Of a stretch of DNA of 64,000 nt, positions 12,031 through 24,647 are shown piece by piece. The stretch is from Mobula hypostoma. Taxonomy: Eukaryota. The DNA is taken from NCBI RefSeq assembly GCF_963921235.1, contig NC_086097.1, positions 77,254,001 to 77,318,000 on the forward strand, written 5' to 3'. The translations under genes and the position numbers were made by a program. Each line of letters begins with the position of its first letter. Position 1 is the stretch's first letter. The notes beneath the pieces were generated by a model. The model was given only the letters and a program-made list of their open reading frames with translations, searched no databases and was not told where the DNA came from.

Positions 12031-12839
12031 AAAGAAGTGAAAGAAGTAGTTTCCCGAACTGTCTGGGGGGATGTTGACCCTGGTCTTGTTGTTCACTAGT
12101 GCCATCCTGTACCGTGATGGATCTGATTAGGATACTCCCTACAATGCATCGATAGAAGTTTGTCAAAGTTTTTGGTGACATGCCGTATTTATGCAAACTT
12201 GTAAGAAAGTAGAGGGACTGACATGCCTTTTTTGTGATGACACTTATGTGCTGGTCCTAGGACAGATCCTCTGATATGTTAACACCAAGGAGTTTAAAGT
12301 TACTGACTCTCCCCACCTCTGAAATCCCTAATGAGGACTGGCTCATAGACCTTGGTCTTCTTCCTCCTGTAGTCAATAATCAGCTCCTTGGTCTTGCTGA
12401 CATTGCGCGACAGGTTGTTGTTGTGGTTTTCAATCTTTCTCCTATATGTCACCACTTTTGATTTGGCCAATAACAGTTGTGAAGTCAACAAACTCAGATA
12501 AGGGACAATCATTAGTATAAAATGAATAGAGCAGGGGGCTAAGCACAGAGCCTTGTGGTGCATCCCCTGTGCTGATGGTGAGTGTGGAGGAGATATTATT
12601 GCCAATCCAAACTAACTGGCACCTGCCAGTGAGGAAATTGAGGGTCTAGCTGCACAGGGATGTACCGAGGCTCAGGTCTTGGAGTTTCGAGGAGATGATT
12701 GTGTTGAATGCTGAACTGTAGTCAGTGAAGAGGATCCTGAAGTAGGCATCTCAGGTGTTCCAGAGCTGAGTGAAGAGCCAATGAAATGACATCTGAAGAG
12801 GCAGTAAAACAGAACTTAACAAAGGAGAACTGAGATACT

Positions 12840-13380
12840 AGACTCATAGGGTAATGCAGTGCAGATGCAACCCTACCAGTCCATGCCAGTCAAAGAGCCA
12901 CTCAGCTTGCGCAAATTTCCTGCGTTCAGCCCATAATCTTCTAAATCCTGTCCATCCATGTACCTACTCAACTGCTTTTTAAATGATACTATTGTGTCTG
13001 TTACAACCACTTCCCCGGCTGCTCATTCCATACACTCACCATCCCCTGTGTGAAAAGGTACCCCTCAGGCTCCTTTTTAATCTTTCCCCTCTTACCATAA
13101 ACTTACATCCCTAGATTTGGACTCCCTTATCCTGGGGGGAAAAAATATTACCTTTTCTATGCCTCTCATATTTTAAATACTTCTATGAGGTCACTCCTCA
13201 TTCTCCTTTGTTCCAAGGAATAAAGAGCCAGTCTGGCCAACCTCTCACTGTAACTCTGGTCATCTGGTCCTGGAAACGTTCTCAAAGACCTTTTCTGCAC
13301 TTCTTCCAGTTTAACCCCATCATTCCTATAACATGGTGACCAAAGCTGTAAATAGCAGTCGGAGTGTAGCCTCACCAATG
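12840..13380 (-). mobile_element. CR1 LINE 3' fragment
   Basis: ORF 'VRLHSDCYLQLWSPCYRND...LYSLEQRRMRSDLIEVFKI' plus a CR1-type 3' UTR. Confidence 0.85.
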
Positions 13381-13749
13381 AATTATATTAGAAATATTTT
13401 ATATAGTTTTGTTGATAAAGCAATGGAGCATAGAGTATGAAAGTAAATTGTTGGGAAACAGAAACATGCGCTATAAGAGTTGCTATTATAGGTAAAGTGA
13501 AAACAATTAGCGAGTGAGGACAATGAGCCACTCACTGACTGAGACAGAAAAAGTTATAATGGGAAATAAGGAAATGGAAGAAGAATTACTTTTTGCTTGA
13601 CTTCACTGAAGAAGTACCAAAAAAATCTGCTGGAATTCTGGAGTATCAAAGGCCACAGAACAATGATGAACTGAAGGAAATTACTGTTGGATGAGAGATC
13701 GCATTGTTTAACATCCCCCTACATTCTAAAGATTGCAGAATGATTCCTA

Positions 13750-13900
13750 AACACAAGAGATTCTGCAGATGCTGGAAATCCAGAGGAACACACACAAAAT
13801 GCTGGAGGAATTCAGCAGGCCAGGCAGCATCTGTGGAGAGACCTTTTGGGCTGAGACTCTTCATCAGGACTGTAAAGGAAGGGAGAGAGGGGAAAATTTC
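13750..13900 (-). mobile_element. Penelope-derived short repeat
   Basis: 'TCTGCAGATGCTGGAAATCC...AAAATGCTGGAGGAATTCAGCAGGCCAGGCAGCATCT' is shared with the ends of the Penelope fragments at 23262 and 27056. Hammerhead core is degenerate. Confidence 0.75.
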
Positions 13901-14087
13901 CTGGTGGGTTGTGATAAGAAAATATAAAGGACTGCAACACTGCAAAAGGATGAACAAGGCAGACAAAGGACTAACTTAACTTAAGGAAATTAATATTGCA
14001 GGAGCTGCAATTTGCTTTAAATTCAGCCTCATACTTTGGCAAGTCTCTTAATGTTCTTTCTGAACATGATGCGCTTTTCATTTGTTC

Positions 14088-14807
14088 AGATGGCACTGCC
14101 GATATATGGTGACGTTTTGCGGAGAGCTCGCAAAACTGCTAGCTATTCTACTAAATATATTTCTTCTGGACTACGATCACTGCAATCTGCAATCTGTAAT
14201 TTCACTTTGGGTGATGTGTATTTGGACTTCAGGCGGGATTGAAACGGTGGGAACTGTGCCTGAAAGTGAAAAGTAAACTGATGTTTAAGCAATTTAAACT
14301 CCAAGTCAGATTAAAAGATAAAGGCATTGAGGCCTGCTGAGGGTGGGGGATGAAATGGTGTTCAACTCACTTCTCAGTGTCAGCCAAGATTTCCCATCTG
14401 CCTGGGTTTGACCTGTCTCCCTCTCTTGTTGCTGCTATCATCACGTGGATGGTGCAGAAGTCTTGGTTCTACGCCGTCAGATTCGAGAGTAGTTGCTGCC
14501 CTACAGCCATCAGGCTCCTGGACCGGCTTCACTCGTTTCAGTACTGAACTGACTCTGCAGGTTCCTTGGTCGGTTTCTCTTGCCTCAGTGCTGAACTGGC
14601 TCTGTGGCTGTGAACTTACTTTTGGGGACTCTGCAGTTCAGGGTTTGTGTGTTATTTGTTACTTTTTTATTGTTTGCATGATTTTTCTTCTTTTTGCAAT
14701 TCCATTGTGTTTCTTGTTTTTGTGTAGCTGCCTGAAAGAAGATGAATCTCAAGGTTGTATATGGTGTACATACTTCGCTAATGAATTTACTTTGAACTTT
14801 GAACTTT
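14088..14807 (+). mobile_element. Non-coding retroposon, copy 2
   Basis: AGATGGCACTG head; tail GAATCTCAAGGTTGTATATGG...TTTACTTTGAACTTTGAACTTT. Confidence 0.65.
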
Positions 14808-15364
14808 ACTGATAGAATACAGCAGTACATGATTGGACAACTTTGATGGCTTCTATTTTTACCCTCCAGTTTGTATCCGAGCATTCCCAGCAATGATTTC
14901 TCTACTCTGCCAGCACTGTTTCCTCTAAAGGCCCTCAGGGACACCTGCTGTTCACTATCCTCATCGACATGACCTTATCCACGGATGTGTGGTCTGATTT
15001 GGTAAATAAGGTAACTTGTCATTTGATCCCGTCACTGCCTCATTGTCACATTATAGTAATTGTCATTATCAAAGTCACATTATCAGAGGCCTCAATTTCT
15101 GCCATTGCTTCTGATTTTCTAACATGGGCTTTCTAACTAGTGAAGATTCGTATCTTATAGCCTTGGAACTGAACTTTAGCCCTCAAGAGAAATGAACTCC
15201 CAAGTAAAACTAATTTCAGAATCAGAATCAGGTTTATTATCACGGGCATGTGTCGTGAAATTTGTTAACTTAGCAGCAGCAGCAGTTCAATGCAATACAT
15301 AAAGTAGAAGGAAAAAAACAGAATAAAATATTAATAATAATAAATAAATAACTCAATTACAATA

Positions 15365-18103
15365 TAGAAACCATAGAAACCATAGAAAATCTACAGCACA
15401 GAAACAGGCCCTTTGGCCCTTCTTGGCTGTGCCGAACTATTTTCTGCCTAGTCCCACTGACCTGCACACGGACCATATCCCTCCATACACCTCCCATCCA
15501 TGTATCTGTCCAATTTATTCTTAAATGTTAGAAAAGAACCTGCATTTACCACCTCGCCTGGCAGCTCATTCCATACTCCCACCACTCTCTGTGTGAAGAA
15601 GCCCTCCCTAATGTTCCCTTTAAATTTTTCCCCCGTCACCCTTAACCCATGTCCTCTGGTTTTTTTCTCCCCTTGCCTCAGTGGAAAAAACCTGCTTACA
15701 TTCACTCTATCTATACCCATCATAATTTTCTATGCTTTATCAAATCTCCCCTCATTCTTCTACGCTCCAGGGAATAAAGTCCTAACCTATTCAACCTTTC
15801 TCTGTAACTGAGTTTCTCAAGTCCCAGCATCATCCTTGTAAACCTTCTGTGCACTCTTTCAACCTTATTAATATCCTTCCTGTAATTTGGTGACCAAAAC
15901 CAAACACAATACTCCAGATTCGGCCTCACCAGTGCCTTATACAACCTCATCATAACATTCCAGCTCTTATACTCAATACTTTGATTAATAAAGACCAATG
16001 TACCGAAAGCTCTCTTTATGACCCTATCTACCTGTGACGCCACTTTTAGGGAATTTTGTATCTGTATTGCCAGATCCCTCTGTTCTACTGCACTCCTCAG
16101 TGCCTTACCATTTACCCTGTATGTTCTACCTTGGTTTGTCCTTCCAAAGTGCAATACCTCACACTTGTCTGTATTAAACTCCATCTGCCATTTTTCAGCC
16201 CATTTTTCCAACTGGTCCAAGTCCCTCTGCAGGCTCTGAAAACCTTCCTCACTGTCCACTACACCTCCAATCTTTGTATCGTCAGCAAATTTGCTGATCC
16301 AATTTACCACATTATCATCCAGATCATTGATATAGATGACAAATAACAATGGACCCAGCAGTGATCCCTGTGGCACACCACTAGTCACAGGCCTCCACTC
16401 TGAGAAGCAATTCTCTACTACCACTCTTTGGCTTCTTGCATTGAGCCAATGTCTAATCCAAATTACCACCTCTCCATGTATACCTAGCAACTGAATTTTC
16501 CTAACTAGCCTCTCATGCGGGACCTTGTCAAAGGCCTTACTGAAGTCCATGTAGACAACATCTACTGCCTTCCCTTCATCCATTTTCCTGGTAACCTCCT
16601 CAAAAAACTCCAATAGATTGGTCAAACATGACCTACCACGCACAAAGCCATGTTGACTCTCCCTAATAAGTCCCTGTCTATCCAAATGCTTGTCGATTCT
16701 GTCTCTTAGTACTCCCTCCAATAATTTACCCACTACCGACATCAAACTTACCGGCCTATAATTTCCTGGATTACTTTTCGATCCTTTTTTAAACAACGGA
16801 ACAACATGAGCTATTCTCCAATCCTCCGGCACCTCACCCGTAGACACTGTTACGTACGCCGTAACTGAGTTGCCAAACCAGCAGAAATGGATCACTCAGT
16901 TGGAGTCTGGATTACTGGAACTAAGAAAGTTTTATTAAAGAAATAAGCAACACAGTACTCTAATAGTAAGGATATAAATGCGACAGATTAGCAATGAATA
17001 AACACACATGTACACAGAACTAGGATAATAGGATCAATCAAGCTCTATCGTCGTCTAGGGGTAAATGACCAGTTTCAAAGTGACGCAAAGTTCAGTTCAA
17101 TTGAGTTCAGTTCAGTTCACAGTAATCACTGTCGTGCCGGTGGACAGTGGGGGGGAAGGAGAGAGAGGGCGAAAGCGAATGAATATTCAAAACGGCTTCC
17201 ACACAGACCTTCGATATTCCTCGCAGTCAGCTTTCGGGCGAGCCCTTTGTAATGTCTTCTGAGGTCACCGACTGTGACCCCTCCATTTCAGATACGATCG
17301 TTCCTCAGCGGTGAACCCGGCACCCAGGCAAGGGTGGACACACACACCAGGTTCCCGCCGATCGTACCTTTCCACCCTGTGCGTCTCTGGCTTGGTCCTG
17401 CGAACAGCCCTCCAAAAACTCCCACTGACTTGTGGGAGGCACACTGCTTCCACGGTCTATTTACCTCGTGGTGTCGTGTGTGTCCTGCCTCAGCGAACCT
17501 ATCCCTTTTTATCCCCCTGCTGGGGTATCGCACTTCAAACAGTTCAGGGTTCAAAAAGGAGCCGATCTTGACGGTTCTCAGACCGGTGTCTCCTTCCGTT
17601 AAACTCTCTCGTTCTTCATTAAGATTTCCAAATGCTGCTTCGTTGTCTTCCTTATCTCTCTTTCTCCTGAAGACAGGTGGCAGATCACTGCTGAACCCAC
17701 TGGTGCCAGCACAGGACAGTTAACATCTTAGTCTATGTGTACTTTTTGTAACCCTCTTTTGTCACAACACCGACATTTTAAATATATCTGCGAGGGCCTC
17801 TGCAATTTCAACACTAGTCTCCTTCAAGGTCTGTGGGAATACCCTGTCAGGTCCTAGGGATTTATCCACTTTAACTTGCCTCAAGATAGCAAGCACCTCC
17901 TCCTTTTCAATCTGTACAGATTCCATGATCTCACTACTTGTTTCCCTTAATTCCATAGACTTCACGCCAGTTTCCTTAGTAAATACAGATGCAAAAACCC
18001 ATTTAAGGTCTCCCCCATTTCTTTTGGTTCCGCACATAGCCGACCACTCTGATCTTCAAGAGGACCAATTTTATCCCTTACAATCCTTTTACTCTTAATA
18101 TAC
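15365..18103 (-). mobile_element. Young 5'-truncated CR1 LINE nested in Rex1, containing a solo LTR
   Basis: RT ORF 15720-16847 ('VPEDWRIAHVVPLFKKG...YMDFSKAFDKV...GVPQGS...KFADD'), a (TTTCTATGG)n tail at 15365-15390, and near identity to 39165-41465. Confidence 0.95.
16848..17766 (-). mobile_element. Solo LTR (919 bp), copy A
   Basis: TGTTAC...GTCACA with a 4-bp TSD ACAC (16844-16847 and 17767-17770). Removing it restores the CR1 sequence seen at ~39961-39990. TATA-like and AATAAA motifs are on the minus strand. Confidence 0.9.
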
Positions 18104-21100
18104 ATATATTAGATAGATTAAAAATTGTGCATAAACAGAAATAATATACTGTATATTGAAAAAGTGAGGTAGTGTCCAAGGGTTTAATGTCCATTTAAGA
18201 ATTGGATGACAGTGGGGAAGAAGCTGTTCCTGAATCGCTGAATGTGTGCCTTCAGGCTTCTGTACCTCCTACCTGATGGTAACAGTGAGAAAAGGGCATG
18301 CCCTGGGTGCTGGAGGTCGTTAATAATGGACGCTGCCTTTCTGAGACACTGCTCCTTGAAGATGTCCTGGGTACTCTGTAGGCTAGTACCCAAGATGGAG
18401 CTGACTAAATTTAACCCTCTGCAGCTTCTTTTGGTCCTGTGCAGTAGCTGCCCCCTGCCCCTGCCCCCCATACCAGACAGTGATGCACCCTGTCTGAATG
18501 CTCTCCACGGTACATCTATAGAAGTTTTTCAGCGTATTTGTTGACATACCAAATCTCTTCAAACTCCCAATGAAGTATAGCTGCTGCCTTGCCTTCTTTA
18601 TAACTGCATCAATATGTTCGGACTAGGTTAGATCTTCAGAGATCTTGACACCGAGGAACTTGAAACTGCTCACTCTCTCCACTTCTGATCCCTCTATAAG
18701 GATTGCTATGTGTCCCTTCGTCTGACCCTTCTGGAAGTCCACAATCAGCTCTTTTGTTTTACTGAAGTTGAGTGCCAGGTTGGTGCTGTGACACCATTCC
18801 ACTATTTGGCATATCTCACTCCTGTATGCCCTCTTGTCACCATCTGAGATTCTACCAACAATGGTTGTATCATCAGCAAATTTATAGATGGTATTTGAGC
18901 TATGCCCAGCCACACAGGCATCGGTATATAGAGAGTAGAGCAGTGGACTAAGCACGCACCCTGAGGTACCCAGTGTTGATCGTCAGCGAGGAGGAGATGT
19001 TATCACCAATCCACACAGATTGTGGTCTGGTTAGAAAGTCGAGGATCCAATTGCAGAGGGAGGTACAGAGGCCCAGGTTCTCCAACTTCTCAATCAGGAT
19101 TGTGGGAATGATAGTATTAAATGCTGAGCTATAGCTGATGAACAGCATCCTGACATAGGTGTTGTCCTGGTGGTCTAAAGCCGTGTGAAGAACCATTGAG
19201 ATTGCATCTGCCATTGACCTATTGTGGTGACAGGCAAATTGCAATGGGTCCAGGTCCTTGCTGAGGCAGGAATTCAGTCTAGTCATGACCAACCTTTTAA
19301 AGCATTTCATCACTGTAGATGCGAGTGCTACCGGGTGATAGTCATTAAGGCAGCTCACATTATTCTTCTTAGGCACTGGTATAATTGTTGCCTTTTTGAA
19401 GCAAGTGGGAACTTCCGCCTATAGCAGTGAGAGGTTGAAAATGTCCTAGAATACTCCTGCCAGTTGGCACAGGTTTTCAGAGCTTTACAAGTAACTCCAT
19501 CGGGTCCTTCTGCCTTGCAAGGATTCACTCTCTTTAAAAACAGCCTAACATTGGCCTCTGAGACAGAGATCACAGGGTCATCAGGTGCAACAGGGATCTT
19601 CACAGCTGTAGTTATATTCTCCCTTTCAAAGTGTGCATAGAAGGCGTTGAGTTCATCTGGTAGTGAAGCATCACTGCCATTCATGCTATTGGGTTTTGGT
19701 TTCTAGGAAGTAATGTCTTGCAACCCCTGCCAGAGTTGTTGTACATCTGATGTCGCCTCCACCCTCATTCGAAATTTTCTCTTTGCCCTTGAAATAGCCC
19801 TCCACAAATCATACCTGGTTTTCTGATACAGGCCTGGGTCGCCAGACTTGAATGCCACAGATCTAGCCTTCAGCAGATGACATACCTCCTGGTTCATCCA
19901 TGGTTTTGGTTTGGGAATGTACAGTAAGTCTTTGTAGGCACATGCTCATCCACCCAGGTTTTAATGAAGTTGGTAACAGCTGCAGCATACTCATCCAGGT
20001 TCGAAGATGAATCCTTGAATACAGTCCAGTCCACCGACTCAAAACAGTCCTGTAGGCGCTCCTGTGCTTCCCTTGTCCATACCTTCTTGGTCCTTACTAC
20101 TGATGCTGCAGTCTTCAGTCTCTGCCTATACTCAGGGAGTAGAAGTACAGCCAGGTGATCAGACTTCCCGAAGTGAGAGCATGGAATAGCCCGGTAGGCA
20201 TTCTTGATGGTGGTGTAGCAATGGTCCAGTGTATTTTTTCCTCTAGAATTGCAAGTGATATGTTGATGGTAATTGCTTAGTGATTATTTTTCAGACTGGC
20301 CTGGTTAAAATCTCCTAAAACGATGGTGAAAGCACGGTTTCGTGCATGTTGATCCCATTGCTCAGATCATCTAAAGCCTGATTGATTGGCCTGAAGTGGA
20401 ATGTGTACTGCTACCAAAATGACCCTGGAGAACTCTTGTGGTAGGTAAAAAGGATGGCACTTTAATTGCTAGATATTCTGGGTCTGGTGAGCAGAATTGG
20501 GACAGCACTGATATATTTGTGCACCAAAAAGAGTTGATCATGAGGCATACTCCTCCATCTCTGCTTTTGAGAGACTCTATAGATCTATCCTGACAGTGTA
20601 TAGTAAGCCCATCGATCCGAATCACTGCATCCGGTACGGAAGGAGTTAACCAGGATTCTGTGAAACAAAGGACACACTCGGTTCTAATGTCCTTCTGATT
20701 CAGCACCCTAGCTCTGAGATCATCGATTTTATTCACCAGAGACTGCACATTTGCCAGCAAGATAGTCAGTATTGGGAGTTTAAAGCCCTGCTTCCTTAAA
20801 CACACTTGTATCCCTGATCTCCAGCCACGCTTGCTCCGTGGAATCCTACGTGGACTCTTCCATCCACAATCAGTGTTGTTTCCACCAGTTTTAGGCAGTG
20901 ACAGTTAAATGCATTAAGATATCTTTGTTGAGACTGTACTGACCTTGGAAGCAGTTGTGCTTTTTAGCTGTATCAGGCTGAAATGAGAATATTTAATCAT
21001 ATCCATTGAGAATACTGCTGCTACTAATTTGTGGATAAAATAATATTTGAAACTGGGCAAATTTGCATTGCCCTCAGATTCAGCCATGTTATTTTAAAAT

Positions 21101-21289
21101 GACTAGTTTACTTGACAACAACAAAGATCTACCTCTTTTATTCAAGGCTGGCTGGGAGTCAGTGCTGCCCATCATATATGAAATAGAAAGGCATGAAGGC
21201 AACGCTAATGAATTTCAGCCATTACAAAGTTAATTCCATTGTAGGCAGTATTTGAAGTGTTCATTTGGATAGATTTTTACAGGTCTTGA

Positions 21290-21700
21290 CATCAACTGGA
21301 TTTCCTTTATAAAACAGCCTGCCTGCATTCTGAAAGCATCTAAGCACATTGCAGTCATTGAAATACTCTTTGAATCACTGAGGCGTGTTAAATTGCAGCA
21401 GATTTACATACTTCAGCAATGAGACAAATGATAAGATATTCTGTATTTGTTGAATGTAGGATAAGAATGTTCAGAACATAAAGAACTCCCTGCTGTCTGT
21501 TACAGTAGCATTGCAATATCATCTGTTTCACCTGAAGGGGCAGGCAAGTCCTTGATTTTGCATTTTATCTGAAAGAGCTCACTTTTAGCAGCACTCCCTC
21601 AGTCCAGGACTGATTTGACAGCATGTATTGTGTGCTCAGGTCAGTGGAGTAGGAGTTAAAACCACAGTTACTGGACTCTTTGTGTAAGTGCTGCCTGCTA
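21290..21700 (-). mobile_element. Old DeuSINE-like (SacSINE1/AmnSINE-type) SINE
   Basis: 'GCAGCACTCCCTCAGT...TGTGCTCAGGTC..TGGAGTAGGAGTTAAAACCACA' and 'GAACTCCCTGCT' resemble the reverse complement of the Deu domain and tRNA head as I recall them. Confidence 0.55.
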
Positions 21701-21976
21701 ACCACAGTACTGCTTTTTAGATCACTCATCTAGCAAAGGAAACTTAAAGAAACTTCATGCCTTTTCATGATGATCCTTTAGCACCCAGGTTGCATCTGTG
21801 ATTATTTGCTCAAGTGTCAAGTCTTCACAGTGAGGCTTGAATCTACAGCTTTCTCACTCAAAGTTGATTGCCATAGAGACCAGTTGCACTTTACATGGCA
21901 GCTATTAAACAATAGATTAAATGTGATGCAACTTCATTTGCCCAAACTTTTTGCCAAATCAAGTAACCAGAAACTT

Positions 21977-21990
21977 CCACAAGGTGGCGA
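21977..21990 (+). promoter_or_regulatory. Candidate CTCF core motif
   Basis: CCACAAGGTGGCGA is a close fit to the CCAC-N-AG-G-TGGC-R consensus and lies in non-repetitive sequence. Confidence 0.35.
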
Positions 21991-23261
21991 TAAGTGACCA
22001 CCGGAAAAAAAACAGCCTCTTCCCCAAGGCTCAGCAGTCTGGCCCTGAAAAGGTGGACTCCACAAAGCTGCTTTCATTTCTGCAGGATAAACCAGAAACA
22101 AAATCTCAGTACATGCAACTTCCTGTCCCCAAATCCATAGCTCCGAAGGGAAGAACCACACTTAATAAATCAGTGCATTGGAAAAGACCACACTATTTCA
22201 ATGTGTTTACTTCATGGTGGGAAATTGAGTAAAGACCCTGGGGGCAGTGAGCTGGTCAGGTGAGACATACAAGTTTAATGTTCCTGGCCTTGGAATGGCT
22301 AAAATGTACATTTGTGGTTTTGCTTCTCCAGACAGTGCCAGTCCCGGTGAAGTGTTCAACAGAGCTGAAGTCTCCTCAGAATAAGTGCGAGAGAGAGAGA
22401 ATAAGTTACAGAGTACCAGGAAACAGAGAGAAAGAGAGAATTTGGGCTTGATGGGATTGCTCTGCGGAGAGCTACATTGATTAAATGGACCAAATGGCTT
22501 CCTGCTGTGTTGTAAGAAGCAATTCTAGTTTCACAAGCCAGATAATTATTAAGAAAGGTTTCGTCTGTTACAGACGACTATGTTTTCTGTGTGATTGTAT
22601 TTTAATGACATCTTATGTGTGCTTACTTTCTTAGTGCCTTGTGCTGTGTGTGACTGTTGGTGCTGTGTTTTGCACCTTGGCCCTGGAGTAACACTGTTTA
22701 ATTTGCCTTTACTCATGTATGGTTGAATGACAATTATACTTGAACTTGAAGGTTTAGCTTGGGCAGTGATGCAGAGACATGCAGTGATTTGATGAGCTGC
22801 CTGTTTTGTATCCCACAGAGCCTCCTTTTCCATTGATCTTAATCTTGATTGTGAAGCTGCTCACCCAAAGTAAATACATTACCTTTGGAACAGAATAATT
22901 CAGTGCTGACAAGTGTAGATTTAAAAAAAAATCTGAACTGTTCTTTATGTTGCTTCCGTGACTTTCATGAAGCAGGGATGTTTGCACATTAGGTTTTAGA
23001 TATAAAAGGCACATTCAGGAATACCTTTATTCATTCTTCTTTGTGAAAATATTTCTTGGCTTTTGTTTTTCTTCTTTTTACATCCAATTCAACAATTCAT
23101 CAGCACCCTGCCTTAATGCTACGTATCAGTTTCTATCTTTGAAGATCAAATTTACATAATGTAAAACCAGTTAGTGTTTGGACTAGCTAGGATCCGTGAA
23201 GACAATTATGTTTGCCAGAAAAGCCCGTGTTGCCTCTGCATATAATAAAAGCAGACAACTT

Positions 23262-23815
23262 AAACACAAGAAGATCAGCAGACACTGGAAATCCAAAGCA
23301 ACGCACACAAAATGCAGGTGGAACTCAATAGGTCAGTCGGCATCTATGGAAGTGAACAAACAGTCCATATTTCAGGCTGGGGCCTTTCTTCAGGACTAAA
23401 ATGGAAGGGGAAGATATCAGAATAAAAAGGTTGGAGGGAGGGTAAAGAGGCTATCTAGAAGTTGATAGGTGAAGCTAGGTGGGTAGGAAAGGTAAAGGGC
23501 TGAAGTTGACGGAATCTGATAGGAGAGGAGAGTGGACCACAGGAGAAAGGGGAGGAGAAGGGGTCCCAGGTGAGAAGAGGGAAAAGGCCAGAGTGGGCAG
23601 TAGAAGAAGGTGGAAGTGGGATGGTAAAAATCAATCACCAGAAGGAGAAATTGATATTCATGCCGTAAGGTAGGAGGCTGCCAAGACAGAATATAAGGTG
23701 TTGCTCCTCTCACTCTGAGGGTGGCCTTGTCTTGGCATAAGAGGAGGCCGTAGACCGACATGTTGGAACAGGGATGGGAAAGGGAATTAAAATGTTTGGC
23801 CACTGGGAAGTTTTG
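23262..23815 (-). mobile_element. Penelope-like element 3' fragment (GIY-YIG C-terminus plus terminal repeat)
   Basis: 'AKHFNSLSHPCSNMSVYGLLLCQDKATLR' followed by a pyrimidine-rich UTR and a hammerhead-like motif at 23361-23397. Confidence 0.8.
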
Positions 23816-24647
23816 CCTTATAGATACCTTTTTTGATCTTTATAGATCACCTTTGTGAAACTATAAAGCCAGATTAAGGCTAAAGATAACCACGATGTCT
23901 GGTACTATTAGAGAGCCAGACTAAAGCCAAGAAACTCCAACTTCGTTAATCAACAACTCTGGCGTTGTTATATACTGTATCTGATGAGTTACCATTAAGT
24001 CACAGATTTTGAATGTCTGCCTATAACCAATTGCTGAAACTGAAATACAAAAACCTTTTCACTGTTAATTTTCTGTCAGATAAAAGGCTAAAGATAATAG
24101 GGGTGGCAGGCATTATTATAAGTGATGGTAACGTGGGCCTTGCTGGCACATGTTACGACCTTCATGGGTCCTGTCTATTTCAAACTGTAAATATTTTAAA
24201 GACACACAAATTTGATTTTCATAAGGTGTAATTGACATGCAGTATTGAGGGAGCTTGCTGCTGCCTTTCACGTGGATTTTGCTACTAGTAAGGTTGAGGT
24301 AAGGTGTTATGCAGCTTATGTTGCTTATTGCATTCTCCTTAGTCATAAATCCAAACATTTTCCTGATTTACACCCCGTTTCTACTCACATCTTCTGGGCC
24401 TTACTGTTATTCAGGTGCCCACCTCTTGTTCCAGTGATCCCGTCTCAAATAGACTGGAACTACCCATCTTCTCTTCTGGATTTTTATATTAAATCTTCAG
24501 AGCCTGGGTGCGACCAGCGAGCTCAGCATTTATTGTCTGTCCCCAGTGGTCCTTGAGAGGGTGGTGGTGCATTTTCTGCATTCCTGCTACACTGCTGTTG
24601 AGGAGCAAGTTTAAGATATTAAACCCAGCGATGAAGAAGTCTGGCTT

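Larger units (their letters stand above)
11028..12108 (-). mobile_element. Non-coding retroposon, copy 1 (GATGGCAC head, Rex1-like tail)
   Basis: The minus strand starts AGGATGGCACTAGTG and ends GAATCTCAGGGT...ACTTTGATAATAAATGTACTTTGAACCTTTG. The termini match those at 14088-14807 and 24648-25416. Confidence 0.65.
10505..12800 (-). mobile_element. Rex1/Babar-like LINE 3' portion, interrupted by the insertion at 11028-12108
   Basis: 'NVSKTKELIIDYRR' and the 3' ORF end match the Rex1 copy at 18105-19700. The 3' UTR lies at 10505-10750, and the sequence resumes in register after 12108. Confidence 0.75.
15215..21000 (-). mobile_element. Near full-length Rex1/Babar LINE (EN+RT), interrupted by CR1 at ~15365-18103
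   Basis: EN 'LLANVQSLVNKIDDL...LCFTESWL'; RT '[17 protein letters not shown]', 'SYSSAFNTI', '[10 protein letters not shown]...KFADDTT'; C-terminal 'HPGHALFSLLPSGRRYRS'. The (ATTCTG)n-type tail is at ~15215-15230. Confidence 0.9.

Noticed and set aside
14090..14242. Apparent exon after a good acceptor (TTTGTTCAG|ATG)
   Set aside because: It coincides with the head of a repeat found three times in the window.
14870..15010. Apparent exon between TTTTACCCTCCAG and GTAAAT/GTAACT
   Set aside because: All three frames contain stops, and one frame resembles a decayed RT 'PQG..LLF' segment.
21951..22232. 93-aa ORF in unique sequence
   Set aside because: It has a non-ATG start, no recognisable domain and no convincing splice sites.
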